This document shows, in pieces, positions 11,146 to 21,412 of a stretch of 44,992 nt of DNA. Source of the stretch: Saprospirales bacterium (lineage in GTDB: Bacteria > Bacteroidota > Bacteroidia > Chitinophagales > CAMDFR01); contig CANHVE010000002.1 of the NCBI GenBank assembly GCA_947464015.1, positions 1 to 44,992 of the forward strand, read 5' to 3'. The notes under the pieces were generated by a model that had not been told where the DNA came from, did not search any database, and worked only from the letters and a program-made list of their open reading frames with translations. A program made the translations under genes and the position numbers. Positions within the stretch are counted from its first letter, which is position 1; each line of letters starts with the position of its first letter.

Positions 11146-12298
11146 TTGTTTTAATTCCTTTTAAGTACATAAAAAATCCTTGAAGCATTGCTAAATTCAT
11201 CAGTATAAAATATCTAGCAAAACGCAAAATTACAATTTGCTTGTGAGCTTTTTCCATAATAATATCTATTACCCAAAAAAACACACAGAATGTAATAATG
11301 CTAGTAATCAAAAAAGTTGGTAAAAAGTTCAGTAAATAAAGAGCTAAAATACCTATTGATATGATAATGAGAAAGAAAGGTGTAGCCCATCTCAATATTT
11401 TATGCGACCAATAACAAAATCCAACTTTAGAAAAAACATTCAAAAATAAACTGGGATAAGCCATCATATTCTGATAATTACCAGCAGAAATTCTTTTTTT
11501 ACGTTTATATTCTTCTTCAATATTTCCTGGTAAATCTTCGTAACAAATAGCTTCTTTATCTAAAATAGCTTTGAATTTTTTTTCTAGAACCGCAAGAGAA
11601 AGATAAAAATCTTCCATTAAATAGGTAGACTTAAATTCGATTAGTAAATCTTTTCTAATTGCATAACAAGCACCAAAAGCACCAATCATAGAACCGTCAT
11701 AAAGACCCTCTAAATATTTAATATGATTTTCACGTTGAATATAAAAACTTTCTTGTTGGGCTATAGCTTTATTCTTATCAAATTCATTTATAATATTAGC
11801 ACCCACCTGCCCTATAGAAGGATCTTTAAAATGTTTGGCAAGATGGAATAAAGTAGTTGGTGTAAAAATAACATTCGCATCTGTAAGTATGATTACTTCC
11901 GTAAAGGAAGGAATATTTTTCTTTATTTCATTTAATACATTAGCTTTCCCTCTGCGAGTATCAAAAAAGAAACAATGAAGTGTTGGATATTGGATAGCTA
12001 ATTTTTTCAAGATTTCATTAGTCTTATCTGTAGATTGATCAGAGCCTACAAAAACTTCTAATTTATCTAATGGATAAGAAGTATTAAAGAGAGAGTGTAT
12101 TTTTTTTTCAATAATATTTTCTTCATTTAATGCAGAAAATAAAATGGAAATAAGAGGGAGATGATCTGTATTTTGATATTGTATATGATTAAATTTTTTG
12201 TTTTTCACCAACAGATTTAATACCATAGGATACAATACATAGCTATAAAAAATTAAGAAGCTACAAACACCAATTAATATAATTAGTAAGTAAATCAA
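11111..12298 (-). CDS. Membrane-integrated family-2 glycosyltransferase (cellulose synthase/PgaC-like architecture); TTG start
   Basis: It has an N-terminal TM helix, then [11 protein letters not shown], a DxD-like LTDANV and RKKRISAG, followed by C-terminal TM helices. The 3' end overlaps the ribBA start by 35 nt. Confidence 0.78.
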   Translation of the reverse strand: MIYLLIILIGVCSFLIFYSYVLYPMVLNLLVKNKKFNHIQYQNTDHLPLISILFSALNEENIIEKKIHSLFNTSYPLDKLEVFVGSDQSTDKTNEILKKLAIQYPTLHCFFFDTRRGKANVLNEIKKNIPSFTEVIILTDANVIFTPTTLFHLAKHFKDPSIGQVGANIINEFDKNKAIAQQESFYIQRENHIKYLEGLYDGSMIGAFGACYAIRKDLLIEFKSTYLMEDFYLSLAVLEKKFKAILDKEAICYEDLPGNIEEEYKRKKRISAGNYQNMMAYPSLFLNVFSKVGFCYWSHKILRWATPFFLIIISIGILALYLLNFLPTFLITSIITFCVFFWVIDIIMEKAHKQIVILRFARYFILMNLAMLQGFFMYLKGIKTNVWTPTKRENN

Positions 12299-13494
12299 TT
12301 TGCAGGAATTATTTTTTGAAAATAATTAAGTAATTGGCTACTTACATGAAGTGCGCTATATTTATTGTGTGCTATATTTTTTGCTTTTTCACCTTGTTGC
12401 ATTTGTAAATTGGAGTTATTCAGTAATTGAATAATTTCATTTGCAAATATAGATTCATTATCACATCTGAATATACAATTTTCATCATCGATTCCTTCAG
12501 CACCGATAGAGGTACTAACGATACATTTACCATAAAACATGGCTTCGATTATTTTAATGCGCATTCCACTGCCTGTTAATAGAGGCACAATCATGATTTG
12601 ATGTGCATTCATCAATTCGTTTACCTCTTTAATTTCACCAAGAATATGGATATTTTGAAGTTTGTTTTCATAGAAAGAGGCTGGGATATTCCTTCCACCA
12701 ATGTATAAATGTGTATTGGGACAACTGCTTAGAATAGCTGGAAAAATTTTATCAATAAACCATTGCATACCTTCTATATTAGGAATCCAATCGAGTGCTC
12801 CTAAAAAGAAAATACTTTTAAACGAAGTATGGGTAGTATCAATTTTTATAGTTTTTTCATCAATACATGCGGGAGCTACATAGGAATTAGAAATGTTACT
12901 TAATGCTTGTAAAATAGATGCATCTCTTTCACTGATGGAGATCAAAGAATCTACTTTACTCAGGTTTAATTTTTCAAATGATTTAACCTGTTTAGCTAAA
13001 ATTTTATAGTATAATTTTTTTAGTGGATGAGATGTATTATTAGCCAATCGATCCCATATTTCATATTCAACATTATGTGCTCTGTAAGCAATATGTGCTT
13101 TAGTGTTTTTGCGAATAGCCTCCAGATAAAGTAGTACGGGCAATCCTTCCAACAAAACCAAGTCGAATATTTGACGTTTTAATAAATGGATTAGTTGCGT
13201 TTCGAAAGAAGCTGAATAAAATCGTTGAATGTTATATGCTTTGTTTAAGCAAATTGATTTAGCTGCTTGAATAATCGAAATATCAGTATTAATATCTGTG
13301 GTAATGAATTGAATTTGATTCTTCAGTTCAGCAGGAATTAAATCGGTATTATAGTAATGTTTATTGGTATTAAGTGAAACAATTGTTAGTTCATGACCAA
13401 GCGTTACAAAAGACTGTGAAAAATTGAAAATGGCAATCATTTCGCCATCTTTAGGAGGATAGGGAAATTTTTTACATACTTGTAATATTTTCAT
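12295..13494 (-). CDS. GT-B fold glycosyltransferase (family 4 / RfaG-like)
   Basis: The N-terminus reads MKILQV...PYPPKDGE. The C-terminal region GMRIKIIEAMFYGKCIVSTSIGAEGI is an EX7E-type motif. The stop overlaps the TTG start of the GT2 gene (TTGA). Confidence 0.8.
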   Translation of the reverse strand: MKILQVCKKFPYPPKDGEMIAIFNFSQSFVTLGHELTIVSLNTNKHYYNTDLIPAELKNQIQFITTDINTDISIIQAAKSICLNKAYNIQRFYSASFETQLIHLLKRQIFDLVLLEGLPVLLYLEAIRKNTKAHIAYRAHNVEYEIWDRLANNTSHPLKKLYYKILAKQVKSFEKLNLSKVDSLISISERDASILQALSNISNSYVAPACIDEKTIKIDTTHTSFKSIFFLGALDWIPNIEGMQWFIDKIFPAILSSCPNTHLYIGGRNIPASFYENKLQNIHILGEIKEVNELMNAHQIMIVPLLTGSGMRIKIIEAMFYGKCIVSTSIGAEGIDDENCIFRCDNESIFANEIIQLLNNSNLQMQQGEKAKNIAHNKYSALHVSSQLLNYFQKIIPAN

Positions 13495-13633
13495 TGAGTA
13501 AAGCTAGATAATAATTTTAATGTAGGCTAAAATGATTTTGAAATGCTATAAAAATGAAGAACAAAATGTTCTTATTAATGTTAGTAAGTATGAATATGCT
13601 AAAAATGATGTCTCATTTTTTTTAATATTTATG

Positions 13634-13641
13634 TAAATTTG
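13634..13641 (+). promoter_or_regulatory. -7 box TAAATTTG upstream of sdhC
   Basis: It matches TAnnTTTG and lies 48 nt upstream of the ATG at 13689, in the 194-bp divergent intergenic region. Confidence 0.4.
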
Positions 13642-13688
13642 CGAATCAATTCGAATATTCGGAACAGAAAAACATAATTTCTATATAT

Positions 13689-14372
13689 ATGAATCAAAAA
13701 GGAATTTTTAAAAACGTAGTTGTCAAGAAATACATTATGGGTCTTTCAGGCTTATTTCTTATTCTTTTTTTACTGGTGCATTTGAGTATTAACCTATGTG
13801 CATTAATTCCAGATGGAGGGAACACCTTTAATGAACTTGCTGAATTCATGGATTTGCCAGTGATAAAGCCTTTAGAAGTTGGATTATTCATAGGGTTTAT
13901 CATACATATATTGGATGCATTGGTATTGACTTTACAAAATAGAAAAGCACGTAAAAACGGATATGAAGTAAGTGCTGCAAATGCAAACAGTAAATGGTAT
14001 AGTCGTTCTATGGGTATTTTAGGTACATTATTATTAATGTTTTTAATTATTCACTTAGCTCATTTTTGGTTTCCCAATAGATTTACGGGTTATGAATTAG
14101 ATGGAAAAGAATCTCATAATTTATATCAATTAATGCTTTATACATTTAATGAACTTTGGATAGTAGTATTATATGTTTTAGTTCAGATTTCATTAGGATA
14201 TCATTTATTGCATGGCTTTAGAAGTGCATTTCAAACCTTAGGATTAAATCATCCAAGATATAATACCATTATAGAAGGATTAGGAGTGATTTATTCAATC
14301 ACAGTTCCATTACTATTTGCAGTAATTCCTGTGATTTTATATCTACGAATACATGGTTATATTCCTTATTAA
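13689..14372 (+). CDS. sdhC: Succinate dehydrogenase/fumarate reductase cytochrome b subunit (b558 family, Bacteroidota type)
   Basis: It is a 227-aa polytopic membrane protein with conserved His residues in TM helices (LLVHLSINL, IIHILDA, LIIHLAHFW, YHLLHGF). It lies immediately upstream of sdhA. Confidence 0.85.
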   Translation: MNQKGIFKNVVVKKYIMGLSGLFLILFLLVHLSINLCALIPDGGNTFNELAEFMDLPVIKPLEVGLFIGFIIHILDALVLTLQNRKARKNGYEVSAANANSKWYSRSMGILGTLLLMFLIIHLAHFWFPNRFTGYELDGKESHNLYQLMLYTFNELWIVVLYVLVQISLGYHLLHGFRSAFQTLGLNHPRYNTIIEGLGVIYSITVPLLFAVIPVILYLRIHGYIPY

Positions 14373-14399
14373 TAAACGAAAATCTAATAGATAATATAT

Positions 14400-16382
14400 A
14401 TGAGTCAAAAATTAGACGCCAAAATTCCAGAAGGCAATATAGCCGAAAAGTGGACTAAGTACAAATCTACAGTTCCGTTGGTAAATCCTGCGAACAAGAG
14501 AAATATTGAGATTATTGTAGTAGGAACTGGTTTAGCGGGTTCATCAGCAGCATCTGCCTTAGCCGAGATGGGATATAAAGTAAAAGTATTTTGTTTTCAA
14601 GATTCTGCACGTAGAGCCCATTCCATTGCAGCACAAGGAGGAATAAATGCAGCCAAAAATTATCAAAATGATGGTGATAGTATTTATAGATTATTTTATG
14701 ATACTATTAAAGGAGGTGATTATAGAGCAAGAGAAGCAAACGTACACCGTTTATCAGAGGTGAGTGGCAATATCATAGATCAGTGTGTTGCTCAGGGGGT
14801 ACCATTTGCACGTGAATATGGCGGATTATTAAGCAATCGTTCATTTGGTGGTACACAAGTACAACGTACTTTTTATGCAGCTGGCCAAACCGGACAACAA
14901 TTATTATTAGGTGCTTATAGTGCCTTACAACGTCAAGTGGGTATGGGTACGGTAAAATCGTACACCAGACATGAAATGTTAGATGTTGTCAATATCGATG
15001 GTAAATGTAGAGGGATTATTGCTAGAGATTTAGTAACTGGAAAATTAGAAAGACATTTTGGTCATGCTGTATTATTATGTACAGGCGGATATGGTAACGT
15101 ATTTTACTTATCGACGAATGCGATGGGTAGCAATGTAACTGCCGCATGGAAAGCACATAAAAAAGGAGCCTATTTTGCTAATCCTTGTTTTACACAAATT
15201 CACCCAACTTGTATTCCAGTGAGTGGCGATCATCAATCTAAATTGACATTGATGTCGGAGTCGTTGAGAAATGATGGACGAATTTGGACTCCTAAAAAAC
15301 AAGGAGATACCCGTAAAGCAATTGATATTCCTGAAGAAGAAAGAGATTATTATTTAGAGAGAAGATATCCAGCATTTGGTAATTTAGTACCACGTGATGT
15401 GGCATCAAGAGCAGCCAAAGAGCGTTGTGATGCAGGATATGGAGTAGGTACTTCAAAAATGGCGGTATACTTAGACTTTGCGGCTAATATGAAAAGATAT
15501 GGTAGAGTAGAAGCGACTAAGCAAAATATACATAATCCAGATGAAGAAACTATCGTTCGTTTAGGGAAAGAAGTGGTTAAAGAAAAGTATGGTAACCTAT
15601 TCGACATGTACAAACAAATCACCGATGAGAATCCATATGAAGTACCAATGAGAATATATCCTGCGGTACACTATACAATGGGAGGATTATGGGTAGATTA
15701 TAATTTGATGACTACGGTTCCAGGATTATATGCATTAGGGGAGGCGAATTTCTCAGATCATGGTGCGAATAGATTAGGTGCATCAGCATTGATGCAAGGT
15801 TTAGCAGATGGATATTTTGTAATTCCATATACTATTGGTGCCTATCTTTCAAATGAAATTAGAACAGCAGCTATTTCAACGGATCATGAAGCCTTTGTAG
15901 AAGCTGAAAAAAATGTACAAAGTCAGATTGAAAAATTGATGAATATCAAAGGAACCAAATCTGTAGATTATTTCCATAAGAAATTAGGAAAAGTAATGTG
16001 GGATAAATGTGGTATGGCTAGAAATGAAGCAGGATTGAAAGAAGCAATAGCTGAGATAAGAGCCATCCGTGAAGAGTTTTGGAAAGATTTACGAGTTCCG
16101 GGTTCAGCGAATGAATTTAATCCTGAGTTAGAAAAAGCAGGTAGAGTTGCTGATTTTATTGAGTTAGGTGAATTGATGTGTAAAGATGCATTAAATAGAA
16201 ATGAAAGTTGTGGTGGACATTTCAGAGAAGAGTATCAAACAGAAGAAGGAGAAGCAAACAGAGATGATGCAGATTATGCATACGTAGCTGCTTGGGAATT
16301 CAATTCAGTAGGAGAGTGGACTTTGAATAAAGAGGAATTGAAATATGAAAATATTAAGATTGCTCAAAGAAGTTATAAATAA
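14400..16382 (+). CDS. sdhA: Succinate dehydrogenase/fumarate reductase flavoprotein subunit
   Basis: It has the FAD-binding [12 protein letters not shown], the covalent-FAD His context [14 protein letters not shown], and [10 protein letters not shown]. The length is 660 aa. Confidence 0.95.
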   Translation: MSQKLDAKIPEGNIAEKWTKYKSTVPLVNPANKRNIEIIVVGTGLAGSSAASALAEMGYKVKVFCFQDSARRAHSIAAQGGINAAKNYQNDGDSIYRLFYDTIKGGDYRAREANVHRLSEVSGNIIDQCVAQGVPFAREYGGLLSNRSFGGTQVQRTFYAAGQTGQQLLLGAYSALQRQVGMGTVKSYTRHEMLDVVNIDGKCRGIIARDLVTGKLERHFGHAVLLCTGGYGNVFYLSTNAMGSNVTAAWKAHKKGAYFANPCFTQIHPTCIPVSGDHQSKLTLMSESLRNDGRIWTPKKQGDTRKAIDIPEEERDYYLERRYPAFGNLVPRDVASRAAKERCDAGYGVGTSKMAVYLDFAANMKRYGRVEATKQNIHNPDEETIVRLGKEVVKEKYGNLFDMYKQITDENPYEVPMRIYPAVHYTMGGLWVDYNLMTTVPGLYALGEANFSDHGANRLGASALMQGLADGYFVIPYTIGAYLSNEIRTAAISTDHEAFVEAEKNVQSQIEKLMNIKGTKSVDYFHKKLGKVMWDKCGMARNEAGLKEAIAEIRAIREEFWKDLRVPGSANEFNPELEKAGRVADFIELGELMCKDALNRNESCGGHFREEYQTEEGEANRDDADYAYVAAWEFNSVGEWTLNKEELKYENIKIAQRSYK

Positions 16383-16456
16383 TTAATTAGCAAATTTGTG
16401 AATTAGCAGATTAGCAAATTAAAATTGAAGAAAAATAAATAAAAAAATATAAAATT

Positions 16457-17218
16457 ATGAGTCACGGTGATATGAATTTAACGCTAAAAATTTGGCGACA
16501 AAAAAACACTGAAACAAAAGGTTCATTTGAAACATATCCAATCAGTGGAATTTCTCCTGATATGTCATTTTTAGAAATGATTGATGTATTGAATGAGAAA
16601 TTAATTGTAGAAGGAAAAGAACCAGTAGCATTTGATCATGATTGTAGAGAAGGAATTTGTGGGATGTGTAGTATGTATATCAATGGTAGACCACATGGCC
16701 CTAAAAATGCAGTAACTACATGTCAATTACATATGCGTTCATTTAAAAATGGAGATACTATTGTTATTGAACCATGGAGAGCATCTGCTTTTCCTGTGAT
16801 AAAAGATTTAGCAGTAGATCGTACATCTTTTGATAGAATTATGGCAGCTGGTGGATTTGTATCTGTAAATACAGGTAATGCACAAGACGCAAATAATTTA
16901 CCTATCTCTAAAGAAGATGCAGATGAATCATTCACCAGTGCAGCATGTATTGGTTGTGGTGCCTGTGTAGCCGCATGTAAAAATGCAAGTGCCATGTTGT
17001 TTGTTTCTGCTAAAGTTTCACAATATGCATTATTACCACAAGGGCAACCAGAAAGAAAAAGCAGAGTATTAGCTATGGTGGCTCAAATGGAAGAAGAAGG
17101 ATTTGGAAGTTGTACCAATACTGGTGCTTGCGAAGCTGAATGTCCAAAAGGGATTTCTATATCTAATATAGCACGATTAAACCGTGAATATTTAGGAGCT
17201 GCATTAAGCAGTAAATAA
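16457..17218 (+). CDS. sdhB: Succinate dehydrogenase/fumarate reductase iron-sulfur subunit
   Basis: It carries three Cys clusters: [22 protein letters not shown] and [12 protein letters not shown]. Confidence 0.95.
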   Translation: MSHGDMNLTLKIWRQKNTETKGSFETYPISGISPDMSFLEMIDVLNEKLIVEGKEPVAFDHDCREGICGMCSMYINGRPHGPKNAVTTCQLHMRSFKNGDTIVIEPWRASAFPVIKDLAVDRTSFDRIMAAGGFVSVNTGNAQDANNLPISKEDADESFTSAACIGCGACVAACKNASAMLFVSAKVSQYALLPQGQPERKSRVLAMVAQMEEEGFGSCTNTGACEAECPKGISISNIARLNREYLGAALSSK

Positions 17219-17240
17219 TATTTATTAAATAATATTTTAA

Positions 17241-17272
17241 AAGAGTCACGATAAAAACGTGACTCTTTTTTA
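17241..17272 (+). terminator. Rho-independent terminator after sdhB
   Basis: The stem is AAGAGTCACG/CGTGACTCTT (10 bp), the loop is ATAAAAA, and a T-run follows. Confidence 0.75.
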
Positions 17273-17303
17273 TTTAGGCTAAATAGAATTATAAAAAATT
17301 ATG

Positions 17304-17311
17304 TAGGTTTG
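17304..17311 (+). promoter_or_regulatory. -7 box TAGGTTTG upstream of dedA
   Basis: It matches TAnnTTTG and lies 18 nt upstream of the ATG at 17329. Confidence 0.4.
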
Positions 17312-17328
17312 TTAATCAAATAAACAAT

Positions 17329-17991
17329 ATGGGGATCATACATTCATTTTTAGATTTTTTACATCAGTTAGGAGATTTACAATTATTAAAAGGCTTATTC
17401 AATCAATATGGAAATATGATTTTCTTAATTATGTTTGTCATCATTTTTGCAGAAACAGGATTTGTTGTTACTCCCTTTTTGCCAGGAGATTCATTGTTGT
17501 TTGGCGCAGGTATAGTAGTAGGTTTAGGAGGGTTAAATATTTATATATTGTTTGCTATATTAGTAATAGCAGCAGTCTTTGGGAATATAGTGAATTATAG
17601 TATAGGCAGATGGTTAGGACCTTCGATTTTAGAAAAAGAAAAAATTCCATTTATTAAAAAACAACATCTGGTGAATACCCATAAGTACTATGAAAAAAAT
17701 GGAGCCTTTGCCATTATTTTAGGTCGATTTACCCCATTTATCAGAACCTTTGTACCATTTGTTGCAGGTATTGGATATATGGACCGTAAAAAATTTATTA
17801 GTTATACTATTATTGGTGCACTTGCTTGGGTAACGCCCTTTTTATTAGGAGGATATTTTTTAAGTAGTATTCCATGGGTTCAAGATAACTTTAAAAAAAT
17901 CACTACAACCATCTTAATTATTTCAGTACTTCCTTTTTTATATGGAGTATACAAAGAACTTATTGCTAAAAAAGAAATAGAAAAAGTGTAA
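17329..17991 (+). CDS. DedA/SNARE-associated family inner-membrane protein
   Basis: The sequence reads FAETGFVVTPFLPGDSLLF...RFTPFIRTFVPFVAGIG, the typical DedA signature. The length is 220 aa. Confidence 0.85.
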   Translation: MGIIHSFLDFLHQLGDLQLLKGLFNQYGNMIFLIMFVIIFAETGFVVTPFLPGDSLLFGAGIVVGLGGLNIYILFAILVIAAVFGNIVNYSIGRWLGPSILEKEKIPFIKKQHLVNTHKYYEKNGAFAIILGRFTPFIRTFVPFVAGIGYMDRKKFISYTIIGALAWVTPFLLGGYFLSSIPWVQDNFKKITTTILIISVLPFLYGVYKELIAKKEIEKV

Positions 17992-18080
17992 TATTATTTT
18001 AATTCAATATTTTTCTCTATTTTCACTTATTATTAATTTATTGACTAAGTAAAAATCGAATCTAAAACACTATAAAATAT

Positions 18081-19568
18081 ATGTCAGACTTATTTAGAAA
18101 GAAGAATATAAATGCATTATTAGCAGAATCTCAAGAAACTTCAAGTGGTATGAAACGTACACTTGGTCCAACCTCTTTAATAGCATTAGGTATTGGAGCA
18201 ATCATTGGAGCGGGTTTATTTGTAAGAACTGCAGCCGCATCAGCAGAACATGCAGGTCCGGCGGTAACCATTGGATTTATAATTGCTGCAATTGGTTGTG
18301 CCTTAGCAGGTTTATGTTATGCAGAATTTTCTTCTACCATTCCTATTTCAGGAAGTGCTTATACCTACTCGTATGCAACTATGGGTGAGTTAGTAGCTTG
18401 GATTATTGGTTGGGATTTAATTTTAGAATATGCGGTAGGTGCTGCAACGGTTGGAATTGCATGGAGTGAATATTTAAATAATTTACTAGTAAATGTATTA
18501 CATATGAGTGCTATCCCTTATCAATGGTGCCATTCACCATTTCAAACATCATTAGATGGGGTACATGGATTCATTAATCTTCCAGCACTTTTTATTATTA
18601 TGGTATTAAGTTTATTACTTATTAAAGGAACACAAGAAAGTGCTTTGATAAATAATTTAATTGTAATCATGAAAGTATCAATCGTATGTTTAATTATTTT
18701 CATAGGGTGGCAATTTATTAATCCAGCCAATCATACACCATATATTCCAGCGGCTACAACTTATGTAGATCCACATGGAATATCAAAAAGTTTTGGTGGA
18801 GTTATGGGAATATTAGGTGCAGCAGGGGTAGTGTTCTTTGCTTTTATAGGCTTTGATGCAGTAAGTACAGCAGCACAAGAAGCGAAGAATCCAAAAAGAG
18901 ATATGCCAATTGGAATTTTAGGATCCTTAGCTATATGCACAGTATTATATATTTTATTTGCGCATGTATTAACAGGAGTTGCAACCACTGAAGATTTTAG
19001 AACGGGAGGAAAAGAAGCATCTGTAGCATTTGCAATTACAAAATATATGTCAGGATATAGTTGGTTAGCTAGCTTAGTTACTGTAGCTATTTTGGCGGGT
19101 TTCTCTTCTGTAATACTAGTGTTATTATTAGGTCAATCAAGAGTATTTTATTCGATGAGTAAAGATGGATTATTACCTTTTGGTCTATCAACATTACATC
19201 CAACATTTAAAACTCCGTATAAAGCTAATATTGCCATTTTTGTAATCGTAGGATTCTTTGCTGCTTTTATACCAGGTGATATCGTTGGAGATATGTCTAG
19301 TATAGGAACTTTATTTGCCTTTATTCTAGTATGTGCTGGTGTAATCATTTTAAGAAGAACTGATCCAGATATGCCTCGTCAATTTAAAACTCCTTTAGTT
19401 CCATTTGTACCATTACTTGGAATATTTTTCTGTGGTGCTATGATTGCAGGATTAGGTTGGACTAATTGGTTACGATTATTTGTATGGTTAGCATTAGGTT
19501 TAATTATTTATTTTGTTTACAGTAAGAAAAACAGTAAATTAAATAATACTACAACAGATTCTAAATAA
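18081..19568 (+). CDS. APC-superfamily amino acid permease (cationic amino acid transporter-like)
   Basis: It has about 12-14 TM helices. The N-terminal region LGPTSLIALGIGAIIGAGLFV and the later FIGFDAVSTAAQEAKNPKRDMP are typical of the family. Confidence 0.85.
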   Translation: MSDLFRKKNINALLAESQETSSGMKRTLGPTSLIALGIGAIIGAGLFVRTAAASAEHAGPAVTIGFIIAAIGCALAGLCYAEFSSTIPISGSAYTYSYATMGELVAWIIGWDLILEYAVGAATVGIAWSEYLNNLLVNVLHMSAIPYQWCHSPFQTSLDGVHGFINLPALFIIMVLSLLLIKGTQESALINNLIVIMKVSIVCLIIFIGWQFINPANHTPYIPAATTYVDPHGISKSFGGVMGILGAAGVVFFAFIGFDAVSTAAQEAKNPKRDMPIGILGSLAICTVLYILFAHVLTGVATTEDFRTGGKEASVAFAITKYMSGYSWLASLVTVAILAGFSSVILVLLLGQSRVFYSMSKDGLLPFGLSTLHPTFKTPYKANIAIFVIVGFFAAFIPGDIVGDMSSIGTLFAFILVCAGVIILRRTDPDMPRQFKTPLVPFVPLLGIFFCGAMIAGLGWTNWLRLFVWLALGLIIYFVYSKKNSKLNNTTTDSK

Positions 19569-19595
19569 AATCTTTATCATTTAATTCAATAGCTA

Positions 19596-21035
19596 TTGAA
19601 AAAATTTAAATTTATTGATGCTACACTGATAGTTGCAGGCAGCATGATTGGTTCGGGTATTTTTATCGTGAGTAGCGATATGGCCCGTACGGTTGGTAGT
19701 TCAGGATGGTTGATAGTGCTTTGGCTGATATCAGGATTAATGACATTATTAGCGGCATTAAGTTATGGAGAGTTAGCAGGTATGATGCCTAAAGCAGGTG
19801 GTCAATATGTTTATTTAAAAGAATCATTCAATTCATTTACAGCTTTTTTATATGGATGGACCTTGTTTGTAGTTATTCAATGTGGAAGTATTGCTGCGGT
19901 GGCAGTTGCCTTTGCAAAATATACTAGTGTATTAATTCCACAATTTGGAGAAAATGTTATTTTATTGCATTTAAGCGATAGCTTTAATATCAATGCTGCA
20001 CAAGTAGTGGGCATATTTTCTATTTTAATTTTGACATTGATTAACCGAGCGGGATTAAAATATGGAAAATTAGTTAATTCTGTTTTTAGCAGTACAAAGC
20101 TTGTTGCACTATTTGGATTGATCGTATTGGGCATTTTTATTTTTGGCAAAATGGAATTGTGGAATCTCAATTGGCAGGATGCATGGCATGCACAAAATTT
20201 TGATTTGAAAAAGAATGCATTTGTTGATATTACTGGGATGGCTTTGGTTAGTGCTATTGGTGTGGGTTTAGTAGGTTCCTTATTCAGCAGCGATGCATGG
20301 AATAATGTAACATTTATCTCTGGTGATATTGAAAATCCTAAAAGAAATATACCCTTAAGTTTATTGTTTGGAACATTAATCGTTTGCTTATTATATATTC
20401 TAGCGAATGTAGCCTACTTGTTTTTATTGCCTATTCATGGTACTCCTGGAGCAACCGATACGATGAGTGCAGGTATTCAGTTTGCTGCACAAGATCGTGT
20501 AGGGGTTGCAGCTGCAATGCAGATTTTTGGAAATCCTGCAGTAATTATCATGGCGGTATTAATTATGATTTCTACATTTGGTTGTAATAATAGCATTGTA
20601 TTATCTTCAGTAAAAGTGTATCAAGAGATGGCGAAAGATGGTTTGTTTTTCGATAAAATGAAAAACGACAATAAAAATGGAGTGCCTGAATTTGCTTTAT
20701 GGGTTCAGTTTATATGGTCATCAGCCTTATGTCTTTCAGGTAAATATGGCGATTTATTAGACTACGTTATGTTTGCCGTTATATTATTTTATATTCTTAC
20801 CATAGTAGGATTATTTATTTTGAGAAAGAAAATGCCTGACGCTGAAAGACCTTACAAAGCCTTTGGTTATCCAGTATTACCAGCTTTATACATCTTATTG
20901 GCATCAGCATTTTGCATTAATTTACTCATCTATAAACCAGCATTTGCTTTTGGTAGTTTATTTATTGTATCATTAGGAATTCCTGTCTATTATTATTGGA
21001 ATTCATTAAAGAATAAGTATTCACTTAACGACTAG
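19596..21035 (+). CDS. APC-superfamily amino acid permease (LAT/SteT-like); TTG start
   Basis: Motifs seen are VAGSMIGSGIFIVS, GELAGMMPKAGGQYVYL and NPKRNIP. It is polytopic and lies 27 nt after the preceding permease gene. Confidence 0.85.
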   Translation: MKKFKFIDATLIVAGSMIGSGIFIVSSDMARTVGSSGWLIVLWLISGLMTLLAALSYGELAGMMPKAGGQYVYLKESFNSFTAFLYGWTLFVVIQCGSIAAVAVAFAKYTSVLIPQFGENVILLHLSDSFNINAAQVVGIFSILILTLINRAGLKYGKLVNSVFSSTKLVALFGLIVLGIFIFGKMELWNLNWQDAWHAQNFDLKKNAFVDITGMALVSAIGVGLVGSLFSSDAWNNVTFISGDIENPKRNIPLSLLFGTLIVCLLYILANVAYLFLLPIHGTPGATDTMSAGIQFAAQDRVGVAAAMQIFGNPAVIIMAVLIMISTFGCNNSIVLSSVKVYQEMAKDGLFFDKMKNDNKNGVPEFALWVQFIWSSALCLSGKYGDLLDYVMFAVILFYILTIVGLFILRKKMPDAERPYKAFGYPVLPALYILLASAFCINLLIYKPAFAFGSLFIVSLGIPVYYYWNSLKNKYSLND

Positions 21036-21050
21036 TTTTTTTGTAATACA

Positions 21051-21392
21051 ATGAGCAAAAAAAATAAAGACAAAATTGGTGTGGTATATTCTACCGATCC
21101 CAATTTTAATTATCAATTTAATGAGGACAATGATCAAGAAACCATTGCACCAGAAAAGCAATTGTTATATGTTTCTATCGATAGAAAACAACGAGCAGGT
21201 AAATCCGTAACTCTTGTTGAAGGTTTTATTGGTAAAGTAGAGGATCTTGAATTATTAGGTAAACAATTAAAAAATAAATGTGGTTGTGGGGGCTCGGTAA
21301 AAGATGGAGTTATCTTAATTCAAGGGGAACTAAAAGATAAGATTTTTGATTTGTTAGTTCAAATGAAATATAAAGTTAAAAAGAAAGGATAA
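21051..21392 (+). CDS. yciH: SUI1/eIF1-family translation initiation factor-like protein
   Basis: It is a 113-aa protein reading ...RKQRAGKSVTLVEGF...LKNKCGCGGSVKDGVILIQGELKDKI, the SUI1 domain pattern. Confidence 0.85.
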   Translation: MSKKNKDKIGVVYSTDPNFNYQFNEDNDQETIAPEKQLLYVSIDRKQRAGKSVTLVEGFIGKVEDLELLGKQLKNKCGCGGSVKDGVILIQGELKDKIFDLLVQMKYKVKKKG

Positions 21393-21412
21393 TATCTTTC
21401 CATCACTTGCTC

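Noticed and set aside
16383-16456. TTAGCA(A/G)A(TT) motif occurring three times (16387-16396, 16403-16410, 16411-20) in the sdhA-sdhB spacer.
   Set aside because: The copies are short and AT-rich, and such repeats are expected by chance in this composition. They sit inside an operon spacer with no other regulatory hallmark. I noted them but do not consider them a supported feature.
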